DNA from: an uncultured candidate division Zixibacteria bacterium
GTDB taxonomy: Bacteria; Zixibacteria; MSB-5A5; GN15; FEB-12
Reading direction: 5' to 3'
Length of the DNA: 64,000 nucleotides
Assembly (NCBI GenBank): GCA_963664195.1
Contig: OY760907.1
Span: 2,208,001-2,272,000, forward strand
Made by a program: the position numbers and the translations under genes. The notes beneath the pieces are model-generated. The model saw only the letters and a list, made by a program, of their open reading frames with translations. It was not told the origin of the DNA and made no database searches. Shown piece after piece: positions 10,977 through 20,687 of the stretch (position 1 is the stretch's first letter; each line of letters starts with the position of its first letter).

Positions 10977-11144
10977 AATTAGATGTTAGTCCCGAAGACG
11001 GAGCTGACCTGCAATGTTCTTAAGTGGTTGCGACGCCTGCGTTGCGGCATTGGTCATGTTGATACTTGTAAGCAGCCCGTGACAAGACGTCATGGACTTA
11101 TGGCTTTTGGACAGCCCCTCCACCCCTGACGATATCGAAAGAGA

Positions 11145-11172
11145 AAGCGGCAGGGGTGGAACCCCGCCGCTT
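11145..11172 (-). terminator. Probable terminator of the deiminase gene
   Basis: AAGCGGCAGGGGT-gga-ACCCCGCCGCTT hairpin (one bulge), followed on the minus strand by TCTCTTTC. Confidence 0.55.
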
Positions 11173-11199
11173 GCTTATCACTTCAACGTGTGCTGTCGA

Positions 11200-13116
11200 C
11201 TATTTCGAACAACCCGGTGTGGACAACGGGCTGAGCGAGATGAACAAATGATCAATCAGTATTGTCAGGTCGCCCATCGTACAATCACAGCTACCGTCGA
11301 GGTCCCCCGCAAAATCTGGATTTAACGGATCGAGACTGATGAACAAGTGATCAATCATCAACGTTAAGTCGCCCATCGTGACATCACCGCTCTGGTCAAG
11401 ATCACCGATGGTCCAGGTTACGAAGTCGCCTACGTCTGACAGGCTGGTCAACTCTGTGCGGTCGAATGCGGTCACCCGCCACCAGTAGTGGGCAGAAAAC
11501 GCCAGCGAGTCGGTCATTTGATAGGACGTCTCCGAAATCGAGTCGATCACCATCGGTGAAGTGAACCCGACATCGGTTGAAATTTCCAGCGTGTACCGTA
11601 GCGTATCATTGGCATCCGGGTCGGTAGATTCGGTCCATTCAAACATCGGCAGCATATCGTACTGCGGCCATCCGGCTGAGTCGACAGGGGCAAGGACAGC
11701 CGGGGCCGAGGGGGCGTGCGGTCCTCCGACTTCAAAGGAGTGCGCCCAGGGTGCACCGATGTACGGATGTGTAGTCACTCGTCCGGATTTATCGGCAGCC
11801 TGGATATAATATCGGACTGCCGATCCCGTGGCCTGCGCAGGAATGTATCCTTCGTACATGTCGGTTCCGGCTGCGGGCGAGAGCATTGCGGAGGCCCAGG
11901 CGCCGCCATCTACACTGTAGATAACCTTCAGCGAGTCGTCGATCAACGCGCTGTCGGAGCAGGCCTCGATTTTGACGGAGATATAGTAATCATTGAGGGG
12001 GTCACCCGTTTCGCCCGCCAGAGGAACATGGTGCATGTTCAACATACCGGCGTCGGGGACACCCATCGTCCGGCAATGGATAGCATCGTCATCTAAGAAC
12101 GATCCGGTGTAACCGTACACTTCGTAGCCCGGCATGGCCTCTTCATACGTCTGCAGGGCGACGGCGTCATAGCTGTCACTGAAGAGCGGGACAAACACCT
12201 TGTTGTTCAGAATGAGTGAGTTGGTGTACGCGGTCCCGTACGGGCAGTAGACCCTGACAATCGTGTACGGCTGCCCCCAAGGGGAGATTTGCTGTGACAG
12301 GAAGTCGGCGCGGGCGTCAAGTAACGCATGACTGGAACTGCTCGTCGGTACATCCTTGACAAGAATCGTGGTCGGGTTCAGGAATTTGGCCCAGCAGTCG
12401 ATGTGGTGGATGCCACCCGATTCGATATAACCCATTACTGTGTAGTCATTGCCAAGATATTCCAGCATGATCGAATCAACTTCGGCTTCGGTCTTGCCCG
12501 GGTTCTCGTTATAGACCAGAACAGTGGACATCGAAGTGCCCAGGCCGTTAGACATGTGGTTGCCACCGGTGGTGATCAGATCCATGCCGTAAACATCGAG
12601 TCCCCATGCTGCGCCGATTGCCGCCGGAATGACATCGTCGTCCGGCCGCGGACGGTTGTAGATATGGTCAACGATTGCAAGTTGATCGTCCTCAAAGATA
12701 AACCACGGTCCGTAGTCGCGAGTCCATATGGTATTGGTCGGCTCGTGAATAAACTGGATGCTGTCCATGTTAACGCCGCCTGAGGAGTAAGAACTGCGGG
12801 CGCTGGATTCCTCAGAGCTGTTGGCGCAGATGGTCGTGACCATCAGCCCCTGAGACATCTCTGCCACGAGCGACACGGGGATACCAAGCGGCCATCTGAT
12901 AATCACGCCCTGCGAGGGTTCCCATTCGGCGGGATTCCGGATTTCGCCGGAGGGGGCACGGGTTACCTTGTGATTGATGCCGATTTCATCAAGGCGTGTC
13001 AGTTCCTCGGCAGTGAAACCGATTGGCAGGAGCTCTTCTTGCGGTTGATCCGAAGCGAGAATCATGACCGAAAGCGGCACAAACAGGAACAGGAGCACTA
13101 GCGTTTTCTTCATCAT
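11200..13116 (-). CDS. Secreted agmatine/peptidylarginine deiminase-family protein with Ig-like domains and a C-terminal dockerin-like tail
   Basis: Signal peptide; PAEWEP, WTRDYGP, GGN, HIDCWAKF, YTNSLI, AIHCRT (catalytic Asp/His/Cys motifs); duplicated GDLDxSxDxTMGDLT..IDHLFISL tail. Confidence 0.9.
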   Translation of the reverse strand: MMKKTLVLLFLFVPLSVMILASDQPQEELLPIGFTAEELTRLDEIGINHKVTRAPSGEIRNPAEWEPSQGVIIRWPLGIPVSLVAEMSQGLMVTTICANSSEESSARSSYSSGGVNMDSIQFIHEPTNTIWTRDYGPWFIFEDDQLAIVDHIYNRPRPDDDVIPAAIGAAWGLDVYGMDLITTGGNHMSNGLGTSMSTVLVYNENPGKTEAEVDSIMLEYLGNDYTVMGYIESGGIHHIDCWAKFLNPTTILVKDVPTSSSSHALLDARADFLSQQISPWGQPYTIVRVYCPYGTAYTNSLILNNKVFVPLFSDSYDAVALQTYEEAMPGYEVYGYTGSFLDDDAIHCRTMGVPDAGMLNMHHVPLAGETGDPLNDYYISVKIEACSDSALIDDSLKVIYSVDGGAWASAMLSPAAGTDMYEGYIPAQATGSAVRYYIQAADKSGRVTTHPYIGAPWAHSFEVGGPHAPSAPAVLAPVDSAGWPQYDMLPMFEWTESTDPDANDTLRYTLEISTDVGFTSPMVIDSISETSYQMTDSLAFSAHYWWRVTAFDRTELTSLSDVGDFVTWTIGDLDQSGDVTMGDLTLMIDHLFISLDPLNPDFAGDLDGSCDCTMGDLTILIDHLFISLSPLSTPGCSK

Positions 13117-13434
13117 ACCACCGTTGAAGGAGAAGATGCAGGTTTAGCCGAAAATTCGTTTCGAAGTATCCGGAGATGTAGAGCAGGTCTCAATTAGCCG
13201 AGACGAGCCGTCAACTATAATGTATCAGAAATCTCGATTTTGGCAAGGGAAAGCTGGCCTCGGGCGGTTTCGGGCGTTTGCATCGCGACGTATGGGGGAC
13301 AGGTGTGACTACCGGGCGCCACCATCAATCGATTCCAAGGACAATCGACCTTCAGTTTCGTGTTGAGTTTGAGGGTGTCTTTCTCCTACCGGACGCTTCA
13401 CTTCGTTTCGCTCTGGGCGGGGTATCGAAAGTTT

Positions 13435-13515
13435 GTAGGGAGGGTCCGCGGTCTTCGAACCCGCCCCATTTCATGTCGAACCCAGAAGTAGGGCAGGTTT
13501 GTCTTCAAACCTGCC
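13435..13515 (+). repeat. Tandem GTAG REP hairpins (one degenerate, one perfect)
   Basis: Perfect GTAG-GGCAGGTTTG-tctt-CAAACCTGCC (13488-13515); degenerate copy at 13435-13466; partial inverted remnant GCAAGTCTGAAGACAG at 13571-13586. Confidence 0.7.
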
Positions 13516-13617
13516 GGAAAGATCGAACCCGAAGGATTCGATTCGGATCATCCTGTTGGAACATGTCCTCGCAAGTCTGAAGACAGCCACTCCCGGCGTA
13601 GACCTTCGCTGCGATAG

Positions 13618-14319
13618 CTACTCCGTCAGCCCCTTGATCCGTTCGATATCTTCCTGCGCCTGGGCGTAGTCGGCGGGACGGCCGATGTCCAGCCAGTAAC
13701 CCTCGTAAGGGTGGCTAACCACTTTTCTATTCTGGCGAAGTAATTCCAGCACCAGTTCGTCGAAACCGTATGGTTGGTCTTCAGGGACAACGTCGAGGAC
13801 CGACCGTGAGAAGACATAAATACCCATCGAAACGACGAAATGATACGACGGTTTCTCAGAAAACCCGGTGACGACGTCGTGTTCGTTGGTTTCCAGAACA
13901 CCGTAGTCGATTTTTTCTTCACGCTTGTAGGTTGCTACCGTCAGCTCGGCGCCGCTTTCGACATGGGAGTCGTAGAGCTTGCGAATGTCGATGTCGCTCA
14001 AGATATCGCCGTTGGCGACAATGAAATGCTCCGGCAGGTCGTTCAGCAGTTTGATGGGGCCGACGGTAGAGAGAGGTTTGTCCTCGATGGAATACACAAT
14101 CTCCAGGCCGTGATTGCCGCCGTTGCCGAGATTGGCACGAATCAGATGCGCAAGATGATTGACGGCCAGATGGACTTTGGTCACGCCGGCTTTTCGCAAC
14201 TGGCCGAGAAGAATCTCGATAATCGGTTTTTCGCCTACTGGTACCAGCGGCTTGGGGATTTCGGCGGTATGAGGAAGCAACCTGCTTCCTTTTCCACCGG
14301 CTAGAATGACAGCTTCCAT
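13618..14319 (-). CDS. Sugar-phosphate nucleotidyltransferase
   Basis: AVILAGGKGSRL.P.T..IPKPL, EDKPLST, VANGDIL, YWLDIG. Confidence 0.93.
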   Translation of the reverse strand: MEAVILAGGKGSRLLPHTAEIPKPLVPVGEKPIIEILLGQLRKAGVTKVHLAVNHLAHLIRANLGNGGNHGLEIVYSIEDKPLSTVGPIKLLNDLPEHFIVANGDILSDIDIRKLYDSHVESGAELTVATYKREEKIDYGVLETNEHDVVTGFSEKPSYHFVVSMGIYVFSRSVLDVVPEDQPYGFDELVLELLRQNRKVVSHPYEGYWLDIGRPADYAQAQEDIERIKGLTE

Positions 14320-14326
14320 ATCAGGT

Positions 14327-15325
14327 TCAGACGTTGTAGATATCGGTTTTGTAGCCAGCGAGGTTGTCAGGCTCGGCGAACCAGTCGATCGTTTTCTGCA
14401 AGCCTTCTTTGAGCGTCAGAGTCGGCTCCCAGCCGAGCAGCTTCTGTGCTTTGGAGGCATCGCAGAGAAGACGGTCGACCTCGCTTGCCTCGGGGCGAAT
14501 TCGCTGCTGATCAGTGACAATCGAAACGGACTTGTTCATCAGCTTCGCAATTGTATCCACAAGTTCGCCGATGGCGATTTCTCTGCCCGATCCAAGATTG
14601 ATCGTTTCGCCGATAACGTTGTCGGCCGTTGCGGCAGCAATGAATCCGGCCGCCGTATCAGTGACATAGGTGAAGTCGCGGGTTGGTGTCAGCGCCCCCA
14701 GTTGAATCTCTTCTTTGCCTGCCAGCAATTGCGTGATGACAGTCGGTATGATCGCCCTTGCTGACTGTCGCGGACCGAATGCATTGAAAGGCCTAACCGT
14801 AACCACCGGCAAATCAAACGACCGCTTGAAAGACATCGCCAGTTGATCGGCAGCTATCTTTGTCGCCGCGTAGGGAGACTGGGCCGATTCGGGGTGCTTT
14901 TCGTCGATAGGTACGTATTGCGCAGTCCCATATGTTTCGGAAGTTGAGGTATGCACGAATCGGTCTACACCCGCCTTCCGGGCCGCTTGGAGGACGTTGA
15001 GCGCGCCGCGGACATTGGTGTCGACATAGCTGTCGGGGGAGCGATACGAAAACGGAATCGCGATCAGCGAAGCCAGATGAAACACGACCTGCTGGCTTTC
15101 AAGAAAGCTCTCCATGAAATGCGGGTCACGAATGTCACCGGTCACGATTTCGAGACGGGGATTTGAGCGTAACGATTTGTCATCGAGCCAGCCGAAATGC
15201 CCGAGCGAGTTGTAGAGAGCCAGCGTCCGTACCTGGCAGCCCTCAGCGAGCAACGCATCACAGAGATGCGAACCGATGAACCCCTCGGCGCCGGTGACGG
15301 CTATCTTTTTGTTTTTCAGTGACAT
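14327..15325 (-). CDS. NAD-dependent nucleotide-sugar 4,6-dehydratase, LegB-like SDR
   Basis: VTGAEGFIGSH, LASLIAIPFSY.SP.SYVDTN, TSTSETYG, SPYAATK (YxxxK), RPFNAFGPRQSARA, LGALTPTRDF; start taken at MSLKNKK. Confidence 0.88.
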   Translation of the reverse strand: MSLKNKKIAVTGAEGFIGSHLCDALLAEGCQVRTLALYNSLGHFGWLDDKSLRSNPRLEIVTGDIRDPHFMESFLESQQVVFHLASLIAIPFSYRSPDSYVDTNVRGALNVLQAARKAGVDRFVHTSTSETYGTAQYVPIDEKHPESAQSPYAATKIAADQLAMSFKRSFDLPVVTVRPFNAFGPRQSARAIIPTVITQLLAGKEEIQLGALTPTRDFTYVTDTAAGFIAAATADNVIGETINLGSGREIAIGELVDTIAKLMNKSVSIVTDQQRIRPEASEVDRLLCDASKAQKLLGWEPTLTLKEGLQKTIDWFAEPDNLAGYKTDIYNV

Positions 15326-15494
15326 ATTGGTCTTTCCGTTACTCATAAATACAACAGGTTCGGCGACTTGGCAACAGATAAGGGAGCGCGGTCGCAATGG
15401 GCAAACAGGCACTCGAGGCGGCTACAGCAAAAAAGATGCTCAAACGCAAAGATTGTTGTGGAAATCTTCATAAGTACAAGTGTATATTAGTTAT

Positions 15495-16220
15495 ATGACT
15501 GTACTGCAATCACAGGGTTTGATCAAATATTACCGCAAACGGCCGGTCGTCAACGATGTTTCTATTCGCGTAGAACCGGGCGAAGTCGTTGGGTTGCTTG
15601 GACCTAACGGGGCAGGGAAGACCACGACATTCTACATGATCATCGGCTTCGTTCGGCCTGACAAAGGCAAAGTTTTCCTCGGTGAGCGCGACATCTCGAA
15701 ACACCCGATGTATCGTCGCGCCGGTCTCGGAATCGGTTATTTGGCCCAGGAAGCGTCAGTTTTTAGGAAGATGACAGTCGAGGATAATATCGTTGCCGTG
15801 TTGCAGTTTCGCAAGATGAGCCGCAAACAGCGCAAGGCCCGACTGGAGCAACTGCTCGAGGAACTCGATATTCAGCATCTCCGCAAGAACAAGGCTTACA
15901 CGCTTTCCGGCGGCGAACGTCGGCGCGTAGAAATCACGCGGGCGCTCGTCAATGAGCCGAAATTCATCCTGCTCGACGAGCCGTTTGCAGGTATCGATCC
16001 TATTGCGGTGGAGGACATTCAGAGGATTATCTCCCGGCTCGTGGAAAGCGGCCTGGGCGTGTTGATAACCGACCATAACGTACGCGAGACGCTGTCGATT
16101 TGTAATCGAGCGTACATCATGTGCGACGGTCGAATACTGAAGTCCGGAACCTCTGAGTTTCTGGCAAATGATCCGGAAGCGCGCAAGATCTATCTCGGGG
16201 AGAAGTTCCGGCTGAATTGA
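15495..16220 (+). CDS. lptB: LPS export ABC transporter ATP-binding protein LptB
   Basis: [62 protein letters not shown]; lies upstream of rpoN. Confidence 0.96.
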   Translation: MTVLQSQGLIKYYRKRPVVNDVSIRVEPGEVVGLLGPNGAGKTTTFYMIIGFVRPDKGKVFLGERDISKHPMYRRAGLGIGYLAQEASVFRKMTVEDNIVAVLQFRKMSRKQRKARLEQLLEELDIQHLRKNKAYTLSGGERRRVEITRALVNEPKFILLDEPFAGIDPIAVEDIQRIISRLVESGLGVLITDHNVRETLSICNRAYIMCDGRILKSGTSEFLANDPEARKIYLGEKFRLN

Positions 16221-16363
16221 AATCGACACGAGGTGTATTGTTTAATATATGAACTTAGTTAGCGCGTTTGGTAAACCTGTGTTTTCCCGGTCCGATAACC
16301 GGATTATAGGCCCCCCTCGGGCAAAAACGTAAGGCAGATAACCATCGGGCGACAGGCGACAAT

Positions 16364-17731
16364 ATGAAACTTGGTCTTCAACTTCGACAGAAACAAATCC
16401 TGGCTCCGCAGCTGATTCAATCTCTCAGAATGGTGCAGGCGCCCCTCCTGAAGCTTGAGATGATGTTGCGTCATGAACTGGCGATAAATCCGCTTCTGGA
16501 GGAAATCGAGGAGCTCGAAGAACCTGAAGTCGAAGAAAAAGAGGACGAACAGGAAGACGTCGATTGGGATGACTACCTGTTTGACGATGATGACGGTTAC
16601 AAAGTCAGCGAACCGCGTGACCGCGAGGAGACTACTTTCGAGGGGAGCGCCGCTCAGGCCGAAAGTCTATACGACTACCTCACCGAACAGCTCAGATTCC
16701 TCAAGCTCACCGAGGCAGACCATCTCATCGGCGAGTACATAATCGGCAACATTGATCCCCACGGGTATCTTGTTATCAGCGTCGGGGAAATGGCCGCCGA
16801 GTTGAATATAGATGAAGCCCCCATCGCCCAGGTCCTGGAGATGATCCAGACGTTTGATCCGTCTGGAGTCGGCGCGAGGGATCTTCGTGAGTCGCTGATG
16901 ATTCAGCTCCGTGAGAAGAAGCTGGAGAATACACTGGCGTTCAGGATTGTCGACGAGCATATTCACGATCTCGAGAAGAAGTCAACGCTGCAGATATCCA
17001 AGATGATGGGGGTGCCGTTCGAGCGTACCCAGAAGGCGATGGAAGTCATCAAGGGGCTTTCGCCGACACCTGCTCACGGCCGGTTTGATTCGGCAGCCAT
17101 GCCGGTTGCTCCGGATCTGACGGTGGAAAAGGTCGGTGATGAGTACGAGGTTTTCCTCAATGACAAGAATGTCCCGCGTCTGCGTATTAACGCCAACTAC
17201 AAAGAATTGATTCGCCGCGGAAGTTCCACGCCCAAAGACACCAAACAGTATGTCCGGCAGAAACTTGAGCAGGCCCGATGGTTGCTCAATGCGCTGAACC
17301 AGCGACGGACCACCATGATTCGCGTCATGGAATCGATTGTCGAGCAGCAGAAGGAGTTTTTCGACAAAGGGACCGCCTTTTTGAAACCGCTGATTATGGA
17401 AGATATCGCGCAGATCGTCGGGATGAACGTTGCCACGATCAGTCGTGTCGCCAGCGGTAAGTACGTCCAGACACCCCTGGGCGTGTACGAAATCAAGCAT
17501 TTCTTCAATACGGGCATTTCAAAAGCCGACGGCGGCGATATGTCCAAGCGAGCAGTCAAACAGAGAATCCTGGAGATCGTAAAATCTGAGGACCCTTCAA
17601 AGCCCTTCTCCGATCAGGAGATTTACAAGAAGCTCAACGAGGAGGGGATCAAACTGGCTCGTCGCACGGTTACGAAGTATCGTGAGGAGATACAGATAAA
17701 GGCAGCACGCTTCAGAAAAAGCGTGGTATGA
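16364..17731 (+). CDS. rpoN: RNA polymerase sigma-54 factor
   Basis: Q/L-rich region I, NPLLE, DPSGVGARDLRE, TISRV, RpoN box ARRTVTKYRE. Confidence 0.97.
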   Translation: MKLGLQLRQKQILAPQLIQSLRMVQAPLLKLEMMLRHELAINPLLEEIEELEEPEVEEKEDEQEDVDWDDYLFDDDDGYKVSEPRDREETTFEGSAAQAESLYDYLTEQLRFLKLTEADHLIGEYIIGNIDPHGYLVISVGEMAAELNIDEAPIAQVLEMIQTFDPSGVGARDLRESLMIQLREKKLENTLAFRIVDEHIHDLEKKSTLQISKMMGVPFERTQKAMEVIKGLSPTPAHGRFDSAAMPVAPDLTVEKVGDEYEVFLNDKNVPRLRINANYKELIRRGSSTPKDTKQYVRQKLEQARWLLNALNQRRTTMIRVMESIVEQQKEFFDKGTAFLKPLIMEDIAQIVGMNVATISRVASGKYVQTPLGVYEIKHFFNTGISKADGGDMSKRAVKQRILEIVKSEDPSKPFSDQEIYKKLNEEGIKLARRTVTKYREEIQIKAARFRKSVV

Positions 17732-17834
17732 GGATAGGTTCAGGAAGAACACGGTCGATTGCAACGACGACCGACAACCTGCTGTCGGACCCAACCGGCA
17801 CCATCACTGCGACTGTCATGGGACGATGATATAA

Positions 17835-18791
17835 GTGGATCGCAATCTGGCTCTGGAAATGGTACGAGTCACTGAGGCCTCCGCGCTCGCGGCCGCCCGG
17901 TGGATGGGAAAAGGGGACCCGGTATCGGCCGATCAGGCAGCCGTAGACGCTATGCACCTGACGCTCAACTCACAATCTATCGACGGCAGAATAGCACTCG
18001 GTATGGGTGAGAGCGGCGCGGTACCCAAGCTGTACACGGGGGAGGAAATCGGAGCGGGCGGCCCCAATCATATCGAGCTGGCTATTGACCCCCTCGAATG
18101 CACCAAATCTGTCGCCTACGGGCGGTCCAACGCTATGGCCGTCGTTGCAATGGCCCCTCCGGGGGAATTCTTTTCGCCGCCCTCGCAGTACATGGAAAAG
18201 CTTGCAGTTGGACCGCAGGCGGCCGGAGTGATTGATCTCAGCCTTTCAATCGAAGAGAATCTCAGTCGGATAGCGAAGGCCAAAGGCTACGCAATAGCCG
18301 ATTTGACCGTGGTTATTCTTGATCGCGAGAGACATGCGGATATGATAGCCCGGATCCGAAAACTTGGTGCGAGGATTCATTTGATCCCGGACGGCGACGT
18401 TGCCGCGGCTATTGCTGCTGCCACGCCCGGTACGGGAATCGACGTGCTCGTCGGCACCGGAGGGTCCTCAGAAGGCGTACTCGCCGCCGCCGCGCTCAGG
18501 TGTATAGGGGGAGAGATACAGACGCGTCTGGCTCCGAGCGACCGACAGGAGACAGACGAACTCAGGCGGACCGGCTACGGCAACCTTTCGCGGGTCTACC
18601 GTGCCGCCGATCTTGTCAGGGGGGACAACGTGATGTTTGTCGCCACAGGGGTTACCGACGGCGACCTGTTAAACGGCGTGAATTATCGCGCCGACGGCGC
18701 CACGACACATTCGCTGGTGTTGCGCTCTAAAACGAAGACAAAAAGATTCATTGTGACCGAACATTACTTTGAGGATAACCCACTGTACTAG
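17835..18791 (+). CDS. glpX: Class II fructose-1,6-bisphosphatase GlpX-like protein (divergent)
   Basis: RVTEASAL, DPLE, YMEKL, LDRERH, DGDV, EGVLAAAA, FVATGVTDGDLL, THSLV; several canonical motif residues are altered. Confidence 0.85.
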   Translation: MDRNLALEMVRVTEASALAAARWMGKGDPVSADQAAVDAMHLTLNSQSIDGRIALGMGESGAVPKLYTGEEIGAGGPNHIELAIDPLECTKSVAYGRSNAMAVVAMAPPGEFFSPPSQYMEKLAVGPQAAGVIDLSLSIEENLSRIAKAKGYAIADLTVVILDRERHADMIARIRKLGARIHLIPDGDVAAAIAAATPGTGIDVLVGTGGSSEGVLAAAALRCIGGEIQTRLAPSDRQETDELRRTGYGNLSRVYRAADLVRGDNVMFVATGVTDGDLLNGVNYRADGATTHSLVLRSKTKTKRFIVTEHYFEDNPLY

Positions 18792-18818
18792 GAGGTCATG
18801 GAAAGGAGAGATGCGATT

Positions 18819-19178
18819 ATGAAGACAAAAGTCACCGCTCGTCATTTCGACCTCACTCCGGAGATGAAGGAGAAGGCCGAGGCGGAAATGGATGGTCTGA
18901 CACGGTACTACGATCGAATCGTCTCGGCGGAGTTCATTCTTGATGCCGAACGGCATCGCCGCATGGCGGAGCTTCGCGTGAAAGTCTACAATCAAACGTT
19001 GACCGGTTCCGGTGAAACCGACGAGATATACAGCGCCATGGGCGTTGCGGTTGACAAAATGAAGGGTCAGTTGAAGAAATACAAAGGCAAGCTCAAAGAA
19101 AAGAAACCGGAAGAGATTGCCGACGTGACCGAAAGTCTGACACAGCCGCACACGGATGTCGACGAGGTCGAGCAGTAA
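18819..19178 (+). CDS. hpf: Ribosome hibernation promoting factor HPF/RaiA
   Basis: VTARHFDLT, AEL.V.V, IYSAM..AVDKM..QLKKYK; lies downstream of rpoN; alternative start at 18798. Confidence 0.9.
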   Translation: MKTKVTARHFDLTPEMKEKAEAEMDGLTRYYDRIVSAEFILDAERHRRMAELRVKVYNQTLTGSGETDEIYSAMGVAVDKMKGQLKKYKGKLKEKKPEEIADVTESLTQPHTDVDEVEQ

Positions 19179-19214
19179 CGGACAACTGACTCACAGACAT
19201 AATCGAACAAACGT

Positions 19215-19247
19215 ACCGGCGGGTTCACAGAAGCCCGCCGGTTTTTT
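19215..19247 (+). terminator. Rho-independent terminator after hpf
   Basis: ACCGGCGGGTT...AGCCCGCCGGT stem followed by TTTTT. Confidence 0.8.
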
Positions 19248-19364
19248 GTGGCGCGGCGTCGGGTGGGAGTCCAATCGCACCGCGAGCGGTGGGATACCAA
19301 GGCAAGAAATACATCGCGAGAAATCCTGGGCAAACGCCGGGCCACCGGACTAGAGTTTGCCCCC

Positions 19365-20687
19365 CTATACCTCCAGCCCGAGCTTCTTGATCTTTTTGTA
19401 GAGATGGGAGCGTTCGAGGCCGAGAAGACGTGCTGCCTCGGTCATGTTGCCTTCGGTGCGGCGGATTGTCGCCTGGATATACTCGCGCTCGAAATCATCA
19501 ACCGCGTCGCGAAGAGAACCGTGTGACGCCTCGGCTGAACGCGGAAGAAACTGGGAGAGTTGGTCAGCAGTGATGATCGGGTCATCGCAATAGATATTCA
19601 CCCGCTCGACGAGATTCTTCAACTCCCGGACATTGCCTTTGAACTCACAGCGTTTGAGAGCCGGGAAAGTATCTGCGGTCAACTGCTTGACTTCTGTCCC
19701 CGACTCAGAGGCAAACCGATTCAAGAAATACTCAGCGAGCAAGGGGATATCCGATTGTCTTTCTCTTAGAGGCGGCAGGGAATACGTTACAACGTTCAAT
19801 CTGTAATACAAGTCCTGACGGAACTTGCCCTCAGCGACGAATGCCTCAAGCTCGCGGTTCGAGGCTGCGATGATATTGCAGTCGACCGTGATCGTTTTGT
19901 CCGAGCCGACGGGTGTCACCTGTCGGGTTTCTATCACTCGAAGGATTTTCGCCTGAGCTTCGAGCGGCATTTCGCTGATCTCGTCCAGAAAGATCGACCC
20001 GCCGTTGGCCTCAATGAATTTTCCCGTCCGGTCTTTTGTTGCCCCGGTAAACGATCCTTTAACGTGCCCGAACAATTCCGACTCCACCAGTTCCGACGGT
20101 AGCGCAGCGCAATTCACCGCGATAAAAGGGCCGTCGCCGTTTTTACTGTGACGGTGAATCATGTGCGCGGCCAGTTCCTTGCCGGTGCCGTTTTCGCCCA
20201 GCACTAAGAATCGCGTCGCACGAGAGGCGGAGCGGATGATGTCCGTGCGAAGCTTCTGGATCGGCTCCGATTCTCCTATCAGGTCACCGTAGACAATCCC
20301 CGCAAGACGGTTCCTCTCTGTCAGCAGGCGGGTGGCTTTCGAGGCGTTGTCAACCGTGATCAAAATCCGGTCGAGTGAGAGCGGTTTTTCGATGAAGTCG
20401 TACGCCCCGATATGAATCGCCTTTACGGCGGTATCGATATCGGCATGACCGGAGATCATCACGACACATCGTTCGGGGTGGCGCGTGAGGATTTCCTTCA
20501 GGAGGTCGATTCCGGAACCATCGCCGAGCATGACATCGAGGAAGATCACGTCGAACGCAGCGCTCGCATACTGCTGACCTTTGGCGAAGCTCTCAGCCGT
20601 GACGCATTCATGTCCGCGTTTGTCGAGGGCAGACTTCAGGGAGGTGCGGATGTTCGCTTCGTCGTCGACTATAAGTATCTTGGCCAT
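19365..20687 (-). CDS. Sigma54-dependent response regulator (NtrX/NtrC family)
   Basis: REC domain (ILIVDDE, FLDV, KP), AAA+ GENGTGKE, GSFTGA loop, FLDEI, GNVRELKN, C-terminal Fis HTH. Confidence 0.95.
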   Translation of the reverse strand: MAKILIVDDEANIRTSLKSALDKRGHECVTAESFAKGQQYASAAFDVIFLDVMLGDGSGIDLLKEILTRHPERCVVMISGHADIDTAVKAIHIGAYDFIEKPLSLDRILITVDNASKATRLLTERNRLAGIVYGDLIGESEPIQKLRTDIIRSASRATRFLVLGENGTGKELAAHMIHRHSKNGDGPFIAVNCAALPSELVESELFGHVKGSFTGATKDRTGKFIEANGGSIFLDEISEMPLEAQAKILRVIETRQVTPVGSDKTITVDCNIIAASNRELEAFVAEGKFRQDLYYRLNVVTYSLPPLRERQSDIPLLAEYFLNRFASESGTEVKQLTADTFPALKRCEFKGNVRELKNLVERVNIYCDDPIITADQLSQFLPRSAEASHGSLRDAVDDFEREYIQATIRRTEGNMTEAARLLGLERSHLYKKIKKLGLEV

